NCBI GenBank assembly: GCA_048013815.1
Contig: CM106586.1
Coordinates: 23,932,001-23,996,000 of the forward strand
Direction: 5' to 3'
From: Setoptus koraiensis
Lineage: Eukaryota; Animalia; Arthropoda
DNA length: 64,000 nt
The position numbers and the translations under genes were made by a program. The notes beneath the pieces were generated by a model that did no database searches, was not told the origin of the DNA, and was given only the letters and a program-made list of their open reading frames with translations. Positions 36,581 through 49,220 of this stretch are shown here, piece after piece. Positions within the stretch are counted from its first letter, which is position 1, and each line of letters begins with the position of its first letter.

Positions 36581-36763
36581 CAATCGCGGCAATAAATTAT
36601 CGCTCAGGGGGTAGGAGTAGCGCGTGTTCCATGCGCAGAACCGAGCGCGAATTTGAAACGAACACAACATCTGCCCCTCGGCCTCACAAATGACGATTCT
36701 GCGCATAGAGAGAAAAGACGCGCTCGTCCTACCCCCCTGAGCGATCATTTATTGCCGCGATTG
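36581..36763. mobile_element. MITE-like foldback element, about 45-bp terminal inverted repeats, TA flanks (Tc1/mariner-type)
   Basis: TA|CAATCGCGGCAATAAATTATCGCTCAGGGGGTAGGAGTAGCGCGT ... ACGCGCTCGTCCTACCCCCCTGAGCGATCATTTATTGCCGCGATTG|TA, plus an inner inverted pair ATGCGCAGAA / TTCTGCGCAT; 183 bp, no ORF. Confidence 0.8.
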
Positions 36764-36873
36764 TACAACCATCTCCGTTGACACCTCGGTTTGAAACGTC
36801 GACGAAAATAGAAAAAAGGTGACAATACAAATTTTCATTGCTATTATACATTTTCATCGTTACATCGGAAACT

Positions 36874-37320
36874 ATGAGCGAGGCACTGTTCCTGGACCCA
36901 GATGAATTCTGGCAATGGTTCGATCGCCGGGATGACTACCTAAAAGTAGATATCAAAGCTACAAATCGTGATCTCGAATCAAACCAACCTATGGACGAGT
37001 ACTATTCTATAAACGATCTTCAGCAGAAACCAGCGAAAAAAATGAAACGAGAGGGACAATACATGGACATGACGGGGGCAGATTGCATCAGATACAAGAT
37101 GTGCTGGGGCAGACACAGACCAGGAAAGAAGACAAAAGTTTGGGAGGGCGATGGCTTTGTAACTATTATTGGAAACCTAGCACACGTTTCAAATGAAGAT
37201 GGGCGAATCTTGGAAGAGCCTGTTGTTTTGGATGAAGCCGAATTAGAGGCAATCAAAGATCTCAAGGAACTGCTCATAGGCAAAACGGAAATAATGGTCG
37301 ACGAACTGGTCAAGTCATAG
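36874..37320 (+). CDS. 148-aa protein resembling only the N-terminal domain of RAD54B/Rdh54 (no Snf2 ATPase)
   Basis: YKMCWGRHRPGKKTKVWEGDGFVTIIGNLAHVSNEDGR...ELEAI...LLIGKTEIMV recalls the RAD54B N-terminal W...KKK.K.WEGD...G.EIEV pattern; stop at 37318-37320, 56 bp from the convergent PAXIP1 stop. Confidence 0.7.
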   Translation: MSEALFLDPDEFWQWFDRRDDYLKVDIKATNRDLESNQPMDEYYSINDLQQKPAKKMKREGQYMDMTGADCIRYKMCWGRHRPGKKTKVWEGDGFVTIIGNLAHVSNEDGRILEEPVVLDEAELEAIKDLKELLIGKTEIMVDELVKS

Positions 37321-37376
37321 CCCATCATATTTTACTATTTAAAACTTTTATTGATATGAACAACGTTTCATAAAAT

Positions 37377-39482
37377 CTAACAAGAAGTTGACTCCTCTAG
37401 TCTAATTTTTTTGTGAGCATGTGGCTGCGATGGGGGTGGCCGGATAGTTATCATGTTGTTCTTCAGGTCCGGAGGGATTGTTGAATTGTGTGTAAGTTTG
37501 AAGGTGTCAAAGTCGATCTCTTGTCGCAATATACCACTCATGACAAATTCTGTTTGCTCGATACCTGTTATAGTGGGAAGGTTGAGAGATAGTATTAGTA
37601 ACATTGAATTGACAAAGTAAAGAGTTAAGATATCATGATGATGAGCTTGTATACTTACTTGCTCCATATGAAACGAGATTCTCACATAAATGGTAATCAT
37701 TCTCGCAAGAAATTACAACCAGTTGTTTGTCTGCTAGTTTCAGTTGTTCGAATTGCATTCTACTAGGTGGCTTCTTGAAGACGACTTGACCACCTGCGGA
37801 TTCAATCATTGGTTTTAAAATAGATGGCGCTGGTTTGACTCCAGGGGTAACAAAAAATACTAAATCTTTGAATAGAAGACACTTCCTAGGATTATCCTCG
37901 AGATCCAAAATAGGTCGCACACTTGACGAGGGGTTTTGTTCTGATAATGAGGCATGTTGCGCTTCTCTTCTGGCACGTCGCCGTAGAGATTGTTTCATAT
38001 TGAAGCAGAATTTATCCTCGTTCTCTTTGTCATGGAGAAGAAAATCCTTCTCGTCAAGTAACATATTAGCACGATAGGATTCAGTTAGCCAGTTCGTTTT
38101 GAGAATGTACCTCGCGTAATTATAAGCACAAATGAACGTTGTGGTTCGACATACTCGATCTGTTATCAGGTGCGTGCATTTCACTGGATCCTCGACTACT
38201 TTGGCACCCAATTTAGAGGCTAGGTTCTTCAATTCTTCTAGTCTACTTGCCCCGATATGTGTAAATGTGATGAATATATTATTTTGGTATCTGGAAGAAG
38301 ACGATTTGGGTGTTAGAGTCAATTGCCTCTGGTTAGTTGCGGTGCCAGTATGATTCGTGATCGACGAGGCCGGTGCCATATTAGAGGCGGAACTGTTGGA
38401 ATTATTGCATCTATCTGCCGGTGGGTTGGTAGATGATTCAGAACTTTGCTTGACACAGTCTTCATTTTTTACATCACCTTCCTGTTTCATGAGATTTTGT
38501 TCATTCCGTTTATCTGGAACTTCTATAACTCCATCTTCACTGTCCAGCTTGATCATACCGTTGGTCTTATTGGGAGGGATCTCTTCCGATGTATTACTTC
38601 TCATGGTGCAACTTGTCTCCAACTTGATACAAGGCAATTTGCTCACACTCTCAATTTCTTCTTTCATGACTTTTATAGGATTCAACCAGGGAGACATGAC
38701 ATCTTGAACACTGATGTATGATGATATCTTGAGAGGTTTTTCAACCTTAAAAAGCTGATAGCGCGGTAAGACCAAAGAAGAAGGGTCTATGGATCCTAGA
38801 AGAACATCGGTCAGCCATTGGGCATTGACAATGGAGATTTTCCAATGCACGGCCTTCTTATATTTTTGACCTCCAACCGAGCGACAAATTAGAATAGTAT
38901 TCTTGGGACTTAGATAATCCGTGTATCGAGCTCCACTCCTTAAAATCATCTCGCGTAGATCGACACGTTCTTTGCCTTCAAAGTTGGTAAGAGATATTAT
39001 ATGGTTTTTACAAGGAGCATTATCTTTCGTGTACGGCAGTGGTATATGTATAGCCTTCCATGGTGAATCCAGTTTACGCTGGGCAATAACGTCATTGACC
39101 CAATAAATAGTGACACATCGCTTACCCTCGCGAAATGCTTGTTGGTAAATGTCTGTGGATCGAGTCTCGCAAATGAGGTGAGTGCAATCTGACAATAGCT
39201 CAGTTATCTTTCCTCCATTTTGTTTGATTATGGCAAACCAGTGATTTAAACAATCTCTAGAGGTATTTTCATGTTCACTGAACATGAAAGTGCACCCTAA
39301 AAGTTGATGAGTGGCGGGGATATCATCAGGAGTCTCGTGACCGACATAAGGCGCTATTTGTTCCACCTTTGGCACGCAACTAGGGTTCAGACGAAGAGAA
39401 TCTTGGGCGTCACTAAATATTGATGGGTGTTGATGCTGCTGCTGTTGCTGTTGTTGCTGCTGTTTATGGTGTAACTGCTGCT

Positions 39483-39513
<31 letters not shown>

Positions 39514-42102
39514 TTGTTGTTGCTGCTGCAGTTGGTGTTGTTGCTGTTGTGGATGTTGCTGCTGCTGTTGTTGTTGTGGGTGTTGTTGATGCTGATGATG
39601 TTGATGGTGTTGATGTTGCTGCATAGCGACATTGTGTTGGGTCGGATTTGGGAAAGATAGTTGGGTAGAAGGGTGACGGTTGACTTGTCTTGTATCCACC
39701 ATATTCTGATTTATTGGTACTCTTGGTCTCGGTTGATGTTGAATTAGCTCAGATGGTTGATGATTGTTAACCAAATTTGACATTTGTTGATTGCGCTGAG
39801 CCGACACTTGTTGATGCATGTGTACATCATCCACTCCCATCATTCTAGGACCTGCAAGTGGGGACTGGTCAAGCATGGGTCTACCCATATTAATCTGGTT
39901 ATGTTGCATTCTTACTTGCCCATTCGGACCTTGCTGCTGGGGTTGTTGAAAAAATACTTGCGGTCTGTTCATCTGGGTCATCATAGGAGGATTTTGAGGG
40001 TGTGAGTTGCTAAGATGGTACTGGTTGCGGGGTTGCAAATGAACAATCTGCTGGCTAGGACCTTGGACTCTGTTGATACCACTGACTATTTGAACCATGT
40101 CTTGATTTTGTTGGTTAACTTGGCGAACTTGTTGCTGATTGTTTAAAGCAACTTGAGAACCAAATTGGTGAGGGTGCCTCATTCGAACATTCTGATTCTG
40201 AGGCACTCTTTGCTGATGATTATCCATCGATTGATCAGGCCCCGCTCTTCGCCAATTATCGAAATTGTTTGACACGGGCTGCCTAACCATATGAAGCTCA
40301 TTAGCTGATCTATGCATTGGCACTCTCTGCATAGGTTGCATAGGTTGAGACATAGAGACCATTCCTTGTGGCGTATTTTGTCTATTGTTTACTGAAGTAG
40401 GCCCAAATCCTGGCCTGCAATCATGTTGAAGATGACTTCTGACAGGTTGCAGCATTCTCATTTTATGTTGTTGCTGTTGATGGTTAGGACTTGAGTCCTC
40501 TTGAGATTGTTGCACATGCGATGAATCCAACAAATTATTGATTGGAGATCGGTTGTGATGGGGATTGTTGTGCGGGCCTGCCATTTGAGAAGATTGCTGC
40601 TGAATATCTTGTGGTTGATTTTGATATGGCACTGAGTTCATGAGATCATGATTTTGTGCCACATTGATTGGATTTTCAGATCTGAATTGCTGCCTTTTTG
40701 GTTGTGCTTGTGCGTTCCTGATCTGAGCTTGTTGCTGCTGTTGATAATATACCTGAGGCCTGTTACAATTGTTGATCGGTGCAATTTGAGGAGCTCTGGG
40801 TTCAGCTAGCGAATTGGGATTGCGATTCTGAAAATGCACAATTGGTGGATACTTTTGGCGAGGTTGCACTGCTATTGCGTTTGAATGATTAGGCTGGTTC
40901 GGCAGCGTAGAGACTTGGTTTGAATTGAGCTGCTTGTTCTGCGTGCTTAAGTGTTCTGGCGGCTTTTGGATTTGGGGAGGAGGAGTCGGAGGAGCGGGTT
41001 GCGGTTTGGGCGGCGATGGATACTCTAGGTGTATTGGATTGTAGATCTCTTCATCACACAAAGTTTTGTTTTTTGAAGAGTCTACGATCCAATCTGGAGT
41101 AACAATTTTCAATCTACGCGATTTAGTGGCTTGCTTAAAAATATCACCACTTGCGCTTGCTACAATCAAATGTGTACAAAGACTAAAATCCTTGTTGATA
41201 TCAAATTTTTTTTGCACGATTCCTCCATTATATGTGAGTATAGCACTTAATTTCTTGGCGTCATTTTGTGAGATATCTTCACCAAAACACGCAACGACCG
41301 GTGTGAATATTTGTTTTAAAGGTGAAAAAGCGCAAAGTGGCAGTAATTTGTTTGTTCTCAAGCACATCCAAACCCATTTCGACCTCACAACCGGTTTTTC
41401 AAAAATATCCACAGCCTCCCCAACAAGTTTGTCCTCGGTGGAATCATTGTCAGCAATAACGTGGGTAACAATGTCTGATAAATAATTGATCAATGTGCCT
41501 CCTCTATCAATTAAAGCCTTCTTAACTGCATCGACATTGTCACTTTGTGCAGATATTAGAAATTTTACGTTAGAGAATAATTTAGATTTGCTTTCAGCAT
41601 CATCGGCATGGTTAGCCTCCTTATTGTCTGAGTTTTGGATGATTGTTTTAGTGTCCTCGTGACTAGTCACACCTAATGAAGGATTAGGATTAGATTCATC
41701 TCTTTCCTGAGAAGTTGATGGTGTCGATATATCTGCTAATGATGATGATATTGTTGTCGCTGCAGTTGTTGATGTGGCTGGTGATATTTTTGATGATGAT
41801 GTTGCTGTCGCTGTTGTCGTTGTTACCGTTGTTGGTGTAGATGCAGCTGCTGTTGTTGTGGTTGTTATTGTTGCAACTACAGCATTCGTTTCAGTTGTTA
41901 ATGTTGCAGGTGGAGCTGCTGTGGCCACTGTTGTTGTTGTTCCCACTGATGACGCTGGTGATGGTGTTCCGACTGCTATTGTTGTAGGAGCTATCGTCGT
42001 TGCCGTGGTCGTCCCCAATGAGGATGCTAATATTGTTGTTGTTGTTGTTTTTGTTTCATCTAGTCCTGCTGATTGGTTGTCTGCAGTTGTCGGAGTTGTC
42101 AT
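37377..42102 (-). CDS. PAXIP1: PAX-interacting protein 1 (PTIP): BRCT1-2, polyQ region, BRCT3-6; exons 42102-37659, 37564-37377
   Basis: VTHVIAD, VVRSKWV, LTYNGG, IVTPDWI; CAG/CAA polyQ; CVTIYWVNDV, SPWKAIHIP, VNAQWLTDVL, CTHLITDRVCRT, LVVISCENDYHL. The 94-nt intron restores ...SYGAS|IEQTEFVMSGILRQEIDF. Confidence 0.95.
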
Positions 42103-42344
42103 CGTGTCGTGACGCGAATCGTAAAAAAACTAATATTCAATCATTGATGATAATTTTAATTACAATTTCAAGATAATTTATCTAGATAATAAAAATGCGA
42201 TGCAAACAATTATTTAGCAGACATTAATAATATTGGCCACTAATATACTGTACAAATTATATTAAATTTAAGTATACGAGAGAGGAGTCTGATTTGTGCA
42301 GAAGAGAGAGCGAACTGATCTATTGGGATGTTTTAAAAATTCGA

Positions 42345-42359
42345 TAGTACGCATGCGTA
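42345..42359. promoter_or_regulatory. Palindromic TACGCATGCGTA (NRF-1/erect wing-like) in the 508-bp divergent PAXIP1/RCC1 spacer
   Basis: 12-bp palindrome at 42348-42359; the 13-mer TAGTACGCATGCG recurs at 49437-49449. Confidence 0.4.
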
Positions 42360-42610
42360 ATCAAAGCGCCACATTCAAAATATATAAAATTGACCTTTTT
42401 TGATCGAAGCGACCTCTATATGCTAACAATTCAATCTCCTGATACTGCATACAAAGCAACAATTGTGCGCCACAAACACAGACACATGGTAAGAACGCGC
42501 TAAAATCCATGGCTCCATTATTCACACATGTCTGACCTCACCACCGATGAATGACCAATCATATAATATTGTTAGAAATTTAGATCAAACAACCAAACAA
42601 CTGATTCAAT

Positions 42611-44103
42611 ATGCCACATGGGTACAATCTAAGGAAACGCAAGACAGAGACTGTAAATGAGGGTGATAAAGTATTTATTAAAAAGGCTAAGAAAGAGAAG
42701 CCTACCCCAGCAGCCCCAGACGCCCCAGTAGCCCCACCAAAACCAACAAAACCAGCCCAGTCTTCATCGGCAGTAAAATTCGAAAAAACTACATCTAAGT
42801 CTTCAGTCTTGGTTTTCGGAGATGACACCGCCGGTGAAATGGGCTTGGGAGAGATTGGAATATCAAAAAAATCCCCATTCAAATTAGAAACAATATCTGA
42901 TACGATTGTTCAAGTTACTTGTGGCGCCATGCACACCTTATGTTTGACTTCGGAGGGCGAGATATATTCGTTTGGTTGCAATGATGAGATGGCTCTCGGT
43001 AGGGAAACTAACGGCGATGAGGAGTTAGATTCTAGCCCAGCAAAGATCTCATTACCTGATAAAGTTACCAAAGTAACCGCAGGTGATTCACATTCTGCAG
43101 CATTGACGTCTAAAGGGCATGTCTATGTATGGGGAAATTTTAAAGATGAGCATGGTTCAGTAGGACTAACACCAGAATGTAATGGAAAACCAAGTGTAAA
43201 ACCAATTAGGATAATGGAAGGAACTATTTTCAAGGATATAGCGTCTGGTTCAGATCACATGTTATTAGCTGATAGCGAAGGAAAAGTTTACAGCTTTGGA
43301 GTTGCCGAACAAGGTCAATTGGGCCGAATCGATAAAGATGACATCAAACAAATCAAGGCTGACAATAGAGAATTATATTTAAGACCAGCGCTTGTGGATT
43401 TGTCGAAAGTAGATCCTAAGCGACCGTTCATATGTGATGCTGTGTTTGCAGGCAACTTCAGCTCGTTCGCGATCAACACAGATAAAGTGAAGAACCGACT
43501 TGCCGGTTGGGGACTAAACAATTACTTTCAATTAGGTTATAAAGGAGCTAAAGAAAAGGGCAAAGAGCAGCTAGTACAATATTTCGCCAAACGGTCACAA
43601 TTCACCTGCTCCACGTCCATGCGATCTGTTGCTTGTGGTCAGCATCATACTCTTTTCTTAACCACAAGCGGTAGAGTATATTCCGCTGGGAGACCCGAGT
43701 ATGGAAGATTAGGATTAGGGAAGATAAAAGATGTCACATGCCCTGCCAAATGCCTAGAATCATTGAAGAGCGAGAGAATTGTGGATATCAGCGCTGGAAC
43801 TAGTACCTCTTTTGCCATCTCAGATGAAGGTTCGTAGAGAGCCTCACAAACTTTGATTTTTCTTTCGTGTTCACTCAATTCCTTTACCATATCCTTTCTA
43901 ACACCTGATCACTTTTCTCACTGACATTTTTAGGAACGTTGTACTCCTTTGGCATGGCTGGAACTAATCTCGGTCTAAGAGAAGATGAAGATGCCTTGGC
44001 CCCTACAAAAGTCAATGGGAAGCAATTGGAAAATAGACTCGTCACAATGGTGTCAGCAGGTAGCTCATACACTGTCGCCTTAGCAGTTGACAAATCAAAC
44101 TAA
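42611..44103 (+). CDS. RCC1: Regulator of chromosome condensation 1; exons 42611-43829, 43934-44103
   Basis: Basic N-terminal tail and RCC1 repeats (VTCGAMHTLCL, YSFGCNDEMALGR, VTAGDSHSAAL, IASGSDHML, VACGQHHTLFL); spliced end GTLYSFGM...GKQLENRLV.MVSAGSSYTVAL matches the RCC1 C-terminus. Confidence 0.95.
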
Positions 44104-45425
44104 TGTAATCTATAACCCATGAATTACAACCAATCTAATTTTATTGACGACTATGTATTGGGCATGATGGACGATCATCAGAAACCAAATATATACGAAA
44201 ATCCTTGAAATTGAGTTTCTTTCTTTGTGTCAGTCACATGATGGAACGAATTTTCGATATGATGCGATTTAAGGAATCCTTTCTTAATAACTCGCTAAAA
44301 AATTCTTTAATAATATTCTTTTTAGTGGTATTAATCCGAAAGGATTATTCTCGATCAATTTGTGTTTGAATTTATCCTATGAATCCTATAAGTATGGCCG
44401 TCAATTCACGACATTTATCCAGTTATGACGTTAACATTGAGGCTTTATTGTGTGTACGAGGCTTAGATTGCAATTTCCTCACAAAAAACAACATCCAGTC
44501 TTCTGTTCAGGACTAAAAAAACTCTCATTGAGGTAAGAACTACAGCGAGCAATTATGCTAGTTTCGAATTTCTTGTCAACAAGTACCTCAGCTTCATGTA
44601 TGATAAATTCTCATGTGAGGAATACAATCGAGTATCTTATATTTTGCAACCAACTATCAGCACCTAAGCTTGTAAGCTGCTCGACTAGCAAATAAGTGTA
44701 GGTCTAACTTTGCGGAAGTTATGATCAGCGTTTATCAATCGCTGATATGACAATCCCAATGGTTGTATCAATGAATAATGTTTGTCACTCTCGTCAGGCG
44801 ACTGTTACGCAAGTTAGGTATTAATACTGTAGTGACTAAGTCAGTATTACTATGCTTAATAATCTCTATCTAATGCAATCGCTCGTTGGATCTAATTTGA
44901 TGATCAAGGCAATAAAAGTTAGCACAAGTATTACATAATGAGTGAATGCCAAGCTCTCCTCGGTATCGCATATTACACATATCTGCGTTTTGTGTAACAC
45001 AATGGAACTGTATATTCATATCATGTGAATGCATGGAGTAGAGCATTGTTGACAATAAATAAAGTCAGTATAGAGAATATCTGCGAACGGTTCGAGTTTA
45101 TGGTTGCACCGTAAACACTCGTAAATTATAGCATTTTCTTTTGTTAATGATTTCCGTCATATATTTGAATATACTACATGTATATATATTTATTAGTCGA
45201 TATGATCGATCAACCAATTACTCAATCACTGATACAAACTTTTAATTCATGATGTTACCAGTCAACTGATCTTGCGACGAGTGCAATATTAAACTATTTG
45301 TGTTCCCTTATTAAACCTATTCCAAAAAGTAATCGCGAGATAATCATCATGGACCCTCTCAACATGTCGACGAGGAACACAATTTCATCGTAATTTTGAA
45401 TTATTATATAGACTCAATTGAAATC

Positions 45426-47385
45426 ATGCCTCGGCGACAGATTCGCACGAGGGACAATGCTCCCGAAATAAGGATATCGTCGCAAACAATTAATGACGAT
45501 AATGAGGGCAAATCTTCTTGGTTCCATTTTATTTCAGTTGAACCATTGACATTTTTATCTATTCTTTCACTGTACATAGAATTTCCGGCCACTCAAGATT
45601 TATTTTACACAAAGATATGCCTGGAAGTAATAAGATCAAGCAACAAAACATATCCTCCAATACAATTGTACAACAACAGCATACTTCTACCATTATCTGG
45701 CAAGATAGGAAATGATAGATTGGTAATCAACACACTAGAGGCGCCATCTCTAAAAGACTCAGACAATTCTATCGACTTATGTGATCGGCAGAACAGATCC
45801 TTTTTAAGGCCTGATGATCGAGAGCTCATGGCGGATATTAATTCAAAATTTTGGCTACAATACCAACTCATAATATGCGTTCTATGTGCTTTAACCGGTC
45901 CTTATTGGGGAGGGATGTCAGATAAGATAGGTCGCATCATACCCCTGAATGTTCCTATTGTTGCTGGACTTGCATGTAACATACTATCTTTGTTGTTTGC
46001 TATATTCATCAGAAATAGTTCCATTTCACTGCAATGGCTGATCCTGTGTGCAGTAATAACTGGTCTTTCAGGAGGCCAAGGTGTTGTCATAATCAATTCA
46101 TTTGGATATATAAGTGATCATACAGGAAATGAGGATAGACTAACAAAAATAATTATTTTAGAGGCTATAATATTTCTTGCCAACAGTCTGGGCTTCTGTA
46201 TTAATGCGCAATTGATGAAGTTAAGTTTATCACTTCTAAATCCCTGGAACAACAAGCATATTGTGGCCTTCGTTTTATGTGCTCTTCTTAATATTATTTG
46301 CGTATTTTACTCTATTCTGAAACTTAGACATTGTAAATCACACGTACTATTAAATAGCTTTGAAAGAGAACAACAAGAGATTATCGCTGGAGAGCTACAA
46401 GTTGCCTCTGTCAGTAGCATCAACAACATGATTGTTGGCAGCCCAATGTCGATCGAACGCGAACAATGTGATAGCGATCAACCGACAAGCCATGGTCTAG
46501 GAACTCTAAAGGCTTCTAATTTCAATTTGAACTCCTATGATAGACGAGAAATTACCTCATCCACACCAGATGACTTAGATGGACCTATAGTAGCGGCCGA
46601 TAATAGATTGAGAGGCTGGAAGAGTTTTGCTACAATCAACTACTATTACGATATATACGAGACTCTAACAAGACCACGCGAATCAAGATTTCTATTGCAT
46701 GTGCTACTATTGGCTGGATTTGTGTCCGCTTCTTCGATAGCTGCCATGATTGCGCTACTTTACAACTATCTTAGACGCGAACCTTTCGAGTGGGACACGA
46801 GCAAATATAGCAATTGGATGGCATTAAGCTCAGTGACGAGAGGTGCTGGTCTGATTATTTTCTCATTGGTAATAAAGTTTCATAGCCATACATGGGACGT
46901 ACCTGACCCATTGGTGGCGGCACTAGGATTCGCCAGTAAAGGTCTAAGCCTTTTGATGATAGGTTTGGCTGAATCTACCATGACTCTGTATCTAGCGATT
47001 GGAGCGATGATATTCTCAGAATTAACTATGCCGCCGATAAGGAGCTTACTTTCGAAGTTAGTGGTGAAAGAGGAAGTATGTAAGGTGTACGCCTGCTTGG
47101 CCACAAGTCAAAATTTATGCTTTGCTATCGGCAACTTGGTATTGTATTTCACTTATACTTATGCAGGGTATCTTAAATTTTTCAAGATTAGTTTTATTGC
47201 TGTCGGTCTCAGCGAATTGGCAATGGTGGTCCTCCTAGTGTAAGTATTGCTATACGTACTATTGTGATATATTATCTCCACCACGAAGTTGCCTTTAGTT
47301 CATGATGAATAGAATTCGTTCCATCTTCTTTATCATACTTTGCAGATATGTGTATCGAATATTGAGGAAGAAGATAACCACTTGA
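45426..47385 (+). CDS. MFS transporter, SLC46 (PCFT/heme carrier-like) family; exons 45426-47239, 47346-47385
   Basis: SVEP..FL, LFYTKIC, WGGMSDKIGR, FGYISD, R.TKIIILEA, LYNYLRREPFEWD...YSNW, IRSLLSKLV; multiple TM helices; terminal exon YVYRILRKKITT*. Confidence 0.85.
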
Positions 47386-47726
47386 AAACAGCAAAAGTAA
47401 TCAGACTCAGATTTAGAGGAGCAATAAAATCTCGGTGTAGAAGCCTATTTCTTATTAAAACTGTATGGATTAAAAACGAGGTCTTAATTTTATCATATCA
47501 TGTGTCAGAGATATCGACTTCCGGCGAAATCACAGTAATACTACTAGATTAGCTAGGATGCGCTACAATCGACAATTATTCAAAACGTAATCATCTTAAC
47601 TGATTATCTAATGAAAAACATTCTGGACAACAATCAAAAGATAAACAACCTCTGTTGCCAGAACGAAACTGACTAGTGTATTAGTCTTAGAACAATCCTT
47701 TAAGTGTCAATGCTGATATCTATCCA

Positions 47727-47728
<2 letters not shown>

Positions 47729-47773
<45 letters not shown>
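47729..47773. repeat. (TA)n microsatellite, about 22 units
   Basis: Read directly from sequence. Confidence 0.97.
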
Positions 47774-47785
<12 letters not shown>

Positions 47786-48069
47786 ATGTATATAAGAGAT
47801 GCTGGTCGTGTTGTCAAGCCAGGCATAGTAGATATCTCCACGCCTAGGTGTAAATAAAACCAGCAACGGCAGAAACATCACCATTGTTTGTCATATTCAC
47901 ACTATCATCTAGTGTATAATACTGTTGACAATACATAGTCTTTGCAGTACAAACACTAAATTTTACAACTAATCTACCTGTTGTCGTTGTTGTTGTTTTT
48001 CTAATTTTGGAGCTTGCGAACGTTTCTTCTACTCCAACACTAATACAACTAGCACAAAAAGAATTTCTT

Positions 48070-49220
48070 ATCTTTTAGCTGGAAGGCGGTAGTCTGCTAA
48101 CAAGTTGTCAACAACATTTGGTGTGAGTATCAATAGACACTGACAGCGATCCAAGCCAGTTGTATTCTGGTAATTCTCTCCTCTATAACGCCTCGTCAGA
48201 CATCTTGACGGTGAGAGGACCGTATGCCTTACTAGTTATGGCATTGACCTCGTCCAAAATTGATAAGCCCTCAGCATGACTAGGGAAATTTTTACTTGAA
48301 GCCTGATCCTAGTTGTTTCTTGTAGATCTGGATTGAATGATTTGCCAACTCTACTGGACCTTTACATCTGCGGGCCCGATTGTCGGCTGTAAACCACGCA
48401 CGTCCATCTAAAGCGCTCTAATTATGCAGACGAGAGCGGCACAGTTTGGCATCTAATCAGAACGTTTAACTTTTAGGTCGATAAACTTCTCAAATACGAC
48501 ATCTGAAACAAAACTTGTCTTAGTTATAACGACACCACTAGCTCTAATGCGAGCCTGCCTACAATAATCGAAGAATTACCACTAGCAATGTTGGCAAATG
48601 GTTCGCAGTCAACCGAAATGGGTGTATCCATCATGGTGGGATAGTTTGAGTCTCCGAGAAGAGCGCATGCCTCACTATCAACTCAAGGATTCTCCCGAGT
48701 GACCGAAGATCTAATGAGTTCGTTCTATCTTGAAAATCCAACGACAATTCTCGCCAATGCATCTTCGAAATCCGATTCTAATGTCGCATCCGTTTTGAGT
48801 CGGCTCTTAGAATATTCTGGCATTGATAGACGCCACTATAAGATTGCTGGCCGCTGTAGCTGCACGTAAAACTTGTTTATAGGCCAAACTTGATTCTACT
48901 GACAACCAGCCGCACATTTATTCTTCGTACTGGATGTGAGTCTTTGCGATGGCCGACGTATACAGGCGAAAGAATTTTAGTCGAGGTGCGCGGTCAGTTT
49001 TTAGATCAAACCGATGATAGTGGTAGATTCGCCCTCATCAGATTATGTAGGAGTGATACCTGTTACAACGACATAATATCATATAGGGTCATTAGTCTTG
49101 GCGACAACCTTGAGTTACTTTTGCCTAGAACTTTCCATAGTGATCGAATTCCTTGATATTGATCTCTTCACATCGCTATTGAGTCTGCTATATCGATATC
49201 GCTGGAAATTGGTTGCTGGG
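48070..49220 (-). pseudogene. MTHFD1: Decayed formate-tetrahydrofolate ligase (MTHFD1/MTHFD1L synthetase domain) pseudogene; ends approximate
   Basis: Collinear motifs across shifting frames: QQPISSDIDIA; DHYGKF*AKV; YYVVVTGITPT*SDEGESTTIIGLI*KLTAHLD*NSFACIRRPSQ; AATAASNLIVASINARIF*EPTQ; TPISVDCEPFANIASGNSSIIVGRLALELV; EKFIDLKVKRSD*MP...LVCIIRAL*M; SHAEG; KAYG. Many stops, frameshifts and deletions. Confidence 0.9.

Noticed and set aside
39387-39632. Asn- and Val/Ala-rich ORFs over the polyQ region, and 41774-42112
   Set aside because: Alternate-frame or antisense readings of PAXIP1 trinucleotide repeats.
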